A DNA stretch of 46,067 bases from a virus, in IMG/VR virus record IMGVR_UViG_3300044556_000176; one strand, given 5' to 3'. This document shows, one piece after another, positions 40,733-46,067 of the stretch. Made by a program: the position numbers and the translations under genes. Position 1 is the first letter of the stretch. Every line of letters starts with the position of its first letter. Under the pieces are notes generated by a model that worked only from the letters and a program-made list of their open reading frames with translations, did not search any database and was not told the DNA's origin.

Positions 40733-42519
40733 CAGATACCCTTCTCCCTAAGCTCAGCCACCATGTTATCGAGCAACTGAATGTACGACTCTTCGACCTC
40801 ACCAGCAGCCTTGTCTGCCTTATCCTCAGGAGTCTTGGCATTCTTGATATCGTCGCCATTCTTCTTGGCATTGTCAATTGCCCCTGCAGCCTTAGCCGCC
40901 TGAGCTGCTTGCTGATCTGCAGCGGATTGCTGCCCCATAGCAATCTCGAGAGCCTTCTGCTGCTTCTCCTCTTCGACCTCGTCCCAACTCTTCGGCTCAT
41001 CGGGGAACAGCTTATCCACAATGTCCGTGTCCTCACCGAGCGCAGTGAGCAGCTGGGTAGTAGCAGTCTTGAGATCGATGGTATTGGCAGGGGTCTGACC
41101 AGACAGGGTCACACTCTTTACGATGGCATCGATGCGCTCGTTGATATCCTCCTGGAGGATGGGCGGGAACTTGATATCGAACGTACGGTTAAGCTCGCCT
41201 GTATCAACGTAAGACTCTCCATAGTCGTTGAACGAGCGGACACCCTTGAGCTTACCACCAGGCTTCAGCGCAGACTGGTCGATGACGTAGCCCAGCACCG
41301 TGCTGAAGATGTCCGTCCACAGCTCCTGACGCTCCTGGAACATGAGGAGCATCGGCTGCTCCATCGCCTTGGCAGTAGCAAGGTTACCAGTGCTAGGGTC
41401 TCCGAAGTAGTGCTCGTAGATACCAGTCGCAGCGCATACCATCAGCAGAGCACGACGACCATCGTCCACAGCCACCGTGGCACCACTCTTAGGCATGGGT
41501 GTAAGATCGAAATTGTCTGAGGACATCCATACCTGAGCCGCTTGCCCAGGGAGATCACCATTCATAGGGTTAGAACCACCGTTAATGGCTCCTTCGAGCA
41601 CCTGCTTGGCTTGCCCCATACCCGTGGCACCAGACTTGCTCGTAGCCTTCCATGCGAACTTGGACAGGCTCTTGACAATGGTGTACCAATCCTCAAGGAA
41701 TTCCTTGTACGCCTTAGCCCAGTCGATGGCTGCGTAGATCTCAGAAACACCGTATTCCATGTCGGACAGGCAGTTCGTCTTCACATGGTATACGGGATTC
41801 ATAGCCATAACCTCGATGCCGTTGAAGTACCGAGGCAGACCTCCCTGAGGCATGTAGTTGATGTCTGGGTACATTGCCTGTCGGGTCTCGTACTTCTGCG
41901 AGCCTGCTTCCTTAGGCTGCTGCCACTGACGGAAATAGTACCACGGCTCCTTACTGTCCTCGGGATTGTAGATGATGCGAGTGATCTCGTTCAGCGGGAT
42001 GGTACGCACACGAGTGGCACCGTTGAGAGGGTCTGTGAAGAATGTGAAGAACAGATTTGCAGTCACCTGGAGCTCAGTCTCCTTGACTAGCATAGCCTGT
42101 TCGCCTGTAAGCTCAGCCTTGTTCTTGGAGTCGCCCATGAACGCATCGATAACAGACTGGACATCCTCGTCTGCAGCTACCACGTCGACACCATGACCGA
42201 ACACGTAGTTCGCCTGAGTGGCTACGGCTCGCTTGACCAGAGGATTCTTCAACCAATACACCCTTGCCATAGCGGCAATCTTGTCGATGGATGCCTTGGT
42301 GAACTGACGATTCAGCGTAGAGTCACCGATACGCTCGTAGCCCACGTCATCCAGAGCCAGCTCCAGCTCAGCGATACGCTCCTGCAGCAGCTCGTTGTTG
42401 CTGTGCTCGGTGAAAGCTATGTTGCCGTACAGCTCGACAGCCTCGCTGAGACTGTTAAGCTGTCCACCGCTCAGCCCATTGGCGATCTTCAGGAGCGGAT
42501 GATTCTTGTCCATTGCCAT
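40732..42519 (-). CDS. Portal protein (SPP1 gp6-like)
   Basis: 595 aa, directly after terL and before MuF. AGGAGG RBS. Ala/Gln/Lys-rich C-terminal tail. Confidence 0.85.
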   Translation of the reverse strand: MAMDKNHPLLKIANGLSGGQLNSLSEAVELYGNIAFTEHSNNELLQERIAELELALDDVGYERIGDSTLNRQFTKASIDKIAAMARVYWLKNPLVKRAVATQANYVFGHGVDVVAADEDVQSVIDAFMGDSKNKAELTGEQAMLVKETELQVTANLFFTFFTDPLNGATRVRTIPLNEITRIIYNPEDSKEPWYYFRQWQQPKEAGSQKYETRQAMYPDINYMPQGGLPRYFNGIEVMAMNPVYHVKTNCLSDMEYGVSEIYAAIDWAKAYKEFLEDWYTIVKSLSKFAWKATSKSGATGMGQAKQVLEGAINGGSNPMNGDLPGQAAQVWMSSDNFDLTPMPKSGATVAVDDGRRALLMVCAATGIYEHYFGDPSTGNLATAKAMEQPMLLMFQERQELWTDIFSTVLGYVIDQSALKPGGKLKGVRSFNDYGESYVDTGELNRTFDIKFPPILQEDINERIDAIVKSVTLSGQTPANTIDLKTATTQLLTALGEDTDIVDKLFPDEPKSWDEVEEEKQQKALEIAMGQQSAADQQAAQAAKAAGAIDNAKKNGDDIKNAKTPEDKADKAAGEVEESYIQLLDNMVAELREKGI

Positions 42520-42530
42520 TCAGATACCTC

Positions 42531-44138
42531 CTACACTGGTGAGATGATGTTGGGTACGTCGAGCTCGACCAGTGAAGCACCAGTCCTACGGCTGGCGAGC
42601 TCCTGAGTGAGGATAGCGGCATAGGATGCAGTGTCGACTTGGTCGTCGTGAGCGCCCATGGGGAAGCCGACGAGCTCATCCTCGTAGTCCCCCAGCCATG
42701 CGGCACCCATACGATGGAAGACCTTGTGGCTCTCGTAACGAGCACCCATGGGGATAGCCTTGGTGACCTTGTCCTTGGTGGCGTTCAGCTCCATTACAGG
42801 CACACCAGCATTGCGCAGCATCTGGAAGACGGGACGACCAACACCATTGACCTCGATGCCCATGCACGTGGGCATGTAGCGTCTGTACTGGTCTAGCAGG
42901 AGCCTAGGCTGTTCAGCGCCTTCCATCTGTGCCCTGAACACATCCCAAAGAAGCAGGTCGTTCTTCGGAGTGACGATCCATGTACTGCATACGAACCAGT
43001 CTGCTGTGGTCTTGGCAGAGGCTGTCGGATCGACGGTCTGGAAGTGCCAGCATTGCTCAGGCACGAATCGTTCATCGCCCGTGTCCCTGTGAAGCACGTA
43101 CGTATGGTCGATGAGCTCCCAGTACCTGAAATCCTTCCTACGGAACATGGTACCGTCTGGAGGACTGGGGTGCTGCTGATACATAGCATTGAACATGTAG
43201 CTGCCCATGGCGATTCGTGTACGATTCAGTGACACCTCATCATACATCTCTGGCCACAGCGCCTCTCCGTCAGAACGACCGAGCTGATCGGTGCCCTCTG
43301 CCAGAGCGGGAAGGCTCAGTACCTTCCACTTGTCCGCACCCTTCTCCATATCCGCCAACAGACGTCCTGCAAGGTCGTCCTGATGCCAACGAGTCATAAC
43401 GACAATCACGGCACCGCCTGGAGCCAAACGAGTGCGCAGCGTAGTCTGGTACCAATTGTAGGCAGAGCGCCTCACCGTCTCAGAGCTAGCCTCTTCATAG
43501 TTCTTAATCGGGTCGTCAATAATGGCGATATGAGCACCTTTACCAGTGATAGCGCCACCAACACCTGCTGCAACAATGCCATTGTCGTGGCTTCCTTCGA
43601 GTCCCCATCGGTCTGCACGAGCAGCATCCTCTGCGAGCTTGACTCCGAACAGTTCCTCGCTGTCTCTCATCTTGTTCCTCGTCATTCGACCGAATTCCTG
43701 AGCGAGGTCTGCCGAGTAGGATGTGAGCATCCACGTCATCCATGGATGGTTGCCCATTCCCCACACAGGAAACTCCTGGGAGACGAGGCGAGACTTACCG
43801 TGTCGAGGCGGCATGAAGATCATAACACGCAGATTATCGCTCTCCGACTCATTCATGCGTGCCTCGTGAATAGCGACTACGTCATTGATGGTCGCTTCGA
43901 GCTGAGCTGCAATGAGCCTGTGGTGGCGTCCGATCTTGTAGCTCTCGTCCATGTACAATGTGTAGTCGAGAAGGTGGCGACGTGCGAGTTCCTGTCGGAT
44001 ACATTCGAGCTGACCGAGCATGTTAGGCACATCTTTGATGTCGAGCGGTTGAGTCCTGTCTCCATCGGACAACTGGGTGGGAAGACCTTCAGGAGCTTTT
44101 GTTCCGACATGGGACACGACCTTGTTACGTCTAGGCAT
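42531..44138 (-). CDS. terL: Terminase large subunit
   Basis: Walker A-like FMPPRHGKS, Walker B IAIIDDP, coupling motif TRWHQDDL, and nuclease-domain acidic motifs (VDPTAS, GAHDDQVD). Confidence 0.9.
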   Translation of the reverse strand: MPRRNKVVSHVGTKAPEGLPTQLSDGDRTQPLDIKDVPNMLGQLECIRQELARRHLLDYTLYMDESYKIGRHHRLIAAQLEATINDVVAIHEARMNESESDNLRVMIFMPPRHGKSRLVSQEFPVWGMGNHPWMTWMLTSYSADLAQEFGRMTRNKMRDSEELFGVKLAEDAARADRWGLEGSHDNGIVAAGVGGAITGKGAHIAIIDDPIKNYEEASSETVRRSAYNWYQTTLRTRLAPGGAVIVVMTRWHQDDLAGRLLADMEKGADKWKVLSLPALAEGTDQLGRSDGEALWPEMYDEVSLNRTRIAMGSYMFNAMYQQHPSPPDGTMFRRKDFRYWELIDHTYVLHRDTGDERFVPEQCWHFQTVDPTASAKTTADWFVCSTWIVTPKNDLLLWDVFRAQMEGAEQPRLLLDQYRRYMPTCMGIEVNGVGRPVFQMLRNAGVPVMELNATKDKVTKAIPMGARYESHKVFHRMGAAWLGDYEDELVGFPMGAHDDQVDTASYAAILTQELASRRTGASLVELDVPNIISPV

Positions 44139-44907
44139 CTTCCACCGCCTCAGCAGTCACGGGTAAAGCGGGAAGTGCCGCATCATCCACATGATCTCCC
44201 ACGGTCACTTCCACAGCTTGTGCAATTTCTTTCACCTTGGCGCGTAATTGTTCATCTGTTAGGGCTTTCACGTCTACCTGCCAATTCACGTCTAGCTTGT
44301 GCTTAGTCTCGACGGAAATCTCCATTACCCGCTTGGCATTCCACACATCAGGCATACGACATTCGAGATATCGAATCATCGCCGAGACGTTGCCGTTAAT
44401 AGCAGCAGAGAACAGAGCATTCTCGACCAATGAGCATGCGAAAATGCGAGCCTCTTCCAAGTCGCACCAGAACTTGGCATACTTGCCTTCTTGTCCTCGT
44501 GCCATTTCTTCCTTACCACGACGACGCCACTCAGTGATTGTACGAGGGTTCAGACCAACACGAGCTGAAGCAGTGGTGAATGTGTAGCCTTGCTTCACTA
44601 GCGCGACAATTTGAGGAGCCTTCTCGTCGAATTTGTGGTAGCCACCCTTAGCTGCTGCTTCCTCAATGTTAGTATGGACGGCACAATATTTGCCGTCCAC
44701 CGTTGCCCCCTTTGTGCATTGCTTTCCTGTTCGAGGATTGTGTCCTTGACAACGAGGAGTCCCCCAGTAAGTCCAATGCTCAGGGTCTTCAATATGCTTA
44801 GGATGTGGGTTATTTTTGGAATACTTAGGCTTCGACTTCTTAGATCCTGAGACCTTCTTCGAAGCCTTAGTCTTCCCATTCTCCCTGTTAGTCGTCATTA
44901 TCACCAC
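44131..44907 (-). CDS. terS: Putative terminase small subunit
   Basis: Same as 1497-2273. Confidence 0.65.
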   Translation of the reverse strand: MVIMTTNRENGKTKASKKVSGSKKSKPKYSKNNPHPKHIEDPEHWTYWGTPRCQGHNPRTGKQCTKGATVDGKYCAVHTNIEEAAAKGGYHKFDEKAPQIVALVKQGYTFTTASARVGLNPRTITEWRRRGKEEMARGQEGKYAKFWCDLEEARIFACSLVENALFSAAINGNVSAMIRYLECRMPDVWNAKRVMEISVETKHKLDVNWQVDVKALTDEQLRAKVKEIAQAVEVTVGDHVDDAALPALPVTAEAVEDA

Positions 44908-45038
44908 ATTCCTATTATTTAAATATATACTCCTTATCTATTATCGCTCTTTTTCTTATAGATTACCTTATCAATTTCATTATATTTTCTTATGCATTAA
45001 TACGTTTTCTTGTTTTACCACATTAACGACATCTCTCG

Positions 45039-45139
45039 AAAATATTTTTATTATTTTCAAGATTCCCGATGAAAGTTGAACAATTTCGAGCGATAATAGT
45101 GTTGCAGGGAATTGACAACGACTTCGAAAGGACACTGCA
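45039..45139 (+). promoter_or_regulatory. Early module copy A (second occurrence, owing to the window wrap)
   Basis: Identical to 2405-2505. Confidence 0.65.
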
Positions 45140-45868
45140 ATGACCACCATGACCAACTTCTCCACTACCGCTGAGCGCATTGGTAAGACCACTTCTGAGA
45201 AGAGGGCTGTCGAGGCTATGGCGAATTCTCTTGGCTCCGTTGAGAACGCCATCGCCGACGGCGACACCCACTACGAGGGTCACTGCTTCATCGACGATGC
45301 CGAGCAGTACGCATCCGAGGGTCTCGATTCGCTCGACAAGCGCACCCTCAACCACATCTCCGATGAGCGCATCAACGAGCTCGTTCACGAGGTAGCCCTC
45401 ACTTTCGATTACCTCGAAGAGTACAACGAGCCAGCCACTTCACCTGAGGCTAACAATGACAAGGAGAACGCCATGACCGCGCCCCAGACTTCTGTTTTCA
45501 TCCCTTCCTCTGCCGCTTCCATGTCCTTCGAGGACTTCATCGACGGCATGTATCTGTTCGCTAGCAAGTGGGTCGGCGAGATCGCCGTTGATCGTGTGGC
45601 TATTCGTGTTGAGTCTCTCTACAACGACATCACGTTCCGCACGATGGTGTTCGAGTATCGTCAGGCTGTGCTTTCTCGTGACACCAACAAGAAGCTCATG
45701 TTCCGCTCGATGGTGACTGGTGACGCTGTCTGCACCGCTGACGACTGGGACAACGACATCTATTCATCCAAGGTGAATGCGTACGGCGACGTGCTCTACG
45801 ATATGCTCGTTCGCCTCCCTAGGAATGCCGAGGATGAGCGCGAATCCCTCAAGAAGTTCTGCGAGTAG
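45140..45868 (+). CDS. Hypothetical acidic early protein (same gene as 2506-3234)
   Basis: Identical translation. Confidence 0.75.
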   Translation: MTTMTNFSTTAERIGKTTSEKRAVEAMANSLGSVENAIADGDTHYEGHCFIDDAEQYASEGLDSLDKRTLNHISDERINELVHEVALTFDYLEEYNEPATSPEANNDKENAMTAPQTSVFIPSSAASMSFEDFIDGMYLFASKWVGEIAVDRVAIRVESLYNDITFRTMVFEYRQAVLSRDTNKKLMFRSMVTGDAVCTADDWDNDIYSSKVNAYGDVLYDMLVRLPRNAEDERESLKKFCE

Positions 45869-45876
45869 AATCTGTT

Positions 45877-45907
45877 GGCTGGGTGGGGAGACCTGCCCAG
45901 CCTTTTT
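45877..45907 (+). terminator. Rho-independent terminator (same as 3243-3273)
   Basis: Identical sequence. Confidence 0.8.
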
Positions 45908-45911
45908 CTCT

Positions 45912-46005
45912 GAATATTTTCAAGATTTTCTTGATTCCCAATAATAGTTCAACTATTTAGAGGGATAATAAGGTCGTCAGGAAGTAACGACTGAAGGGAA
46001 CTGAA
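45912..46005 (+). promoter_or_regulatory. Early module copy B (second occurrence)
   Basis: Identical to 3278-3371. Confidence 0.65.
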
Positions 46006-46067
46006 ATGGAGAACGTCAAGGAAATCGTCAAGATCGGTCAGAAGCTTACCGCCCACAAGGGTGAGTG
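46006..46067 (+). CDS. 5' fragment of the 88-aa early gene (same as 3372-3433), cut by the window end
   Basis: Identical to 3372-3433. Confidence 0.65.
   Translation, partial: MENVKEIVKIGQKLTAHKGE

Larger units (their letters stand above)
42635..46067. repeat. Direct repeat copy 2 (identical to 1-3433)
   Basis: See copy 1. Confidence 0.95.

Noticed and set aside
40647-41036. A 129-aa minus-strand ORF overlapping the portal 3' end
   Set aside because: It is out of frame within the portal gene and its translation is Arg/Ser/Leu-rich. The 46-aa coupled ORF explains the short gap better.
43383-44306. A 307-aa plus-strand ORF (also at 749-1672), plus similar long antisense ORFs at 17554-18384, 11793-12626, 37512-38411, 9431-10135, 12635-13297 and 21733-22404
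   Set aside because: All lie fully inside recognisable minus-strand genes (terL, Cas4-like nuclease, HAD phosphatase, scaffold, DnaE, flavoprotein, wHTH protein). They lack ribosome-binding sites and recognisable motifs.

Overview
The window holds about 1.08 copies of one 42,634-bp tailed-phage genome with siphovirus-type morphogenesis genes. Bases 1-3433 recur exactly at 42635-46067, so the record wraps around a circular or concatemeric assembly. There are about 55 genes, nearly all on the minus strand, in three blocks. (i) The late operon runs 44907 down to 22534: terS, terL, portal, a MuF head protein fused to an ADP-ribosyltransferase, scaffold, DUF2190-like protein, major capsid, four connector proteins, major tail, G/GT chaperone with a -1 frameshift, tape measure, Dit, two baseplate proteins, a 962-aa collagen-like modular fibre, holin and an amidase endolysin with cell-wall-binding repeats. 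It ends at a strong terminator (22467-22505). (ii) The early/middle operon runs 22194 down to 4449: wHTH protein, ORFans, SNF2 helicase, Cas4-like nuclease, Sak4-like ATPase, DUF669-like SSB, a DnaG-primase fused to an MCM-like helicase, a Rossmann flavoprotein, a HAD nucleotidase, Tmk, a DnaE-type polymerase, ThyX, dUTPase and a RuvC-like resolvase. (iii) Two short plus-strand early cassettes of ORFans lie at 2506-4357. I saw no integrase, CI-type repressor, tRNA, rRNA or CRISPR array. The holin type, CW_binding_1-like endolysin repeats and strong AGGAGG ribosome-binding sites suggest a Bacillota host; this is inference. The points most worth a second look are: a conserved promoter/leader module present in four full copies, with a compensatory change in its leader hairpin; the terminator-insulated ORFan cassettes it drives; a large inverted repeat at the late/early junction; the MuF-ART toxin-like fusion with a small downstream ORF; the primase-MCM fusion; and an orphan flavoprotein inside the dTMP-metabolism cluster. 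All family assignments rest on motifs read by eye. No database search was possible.
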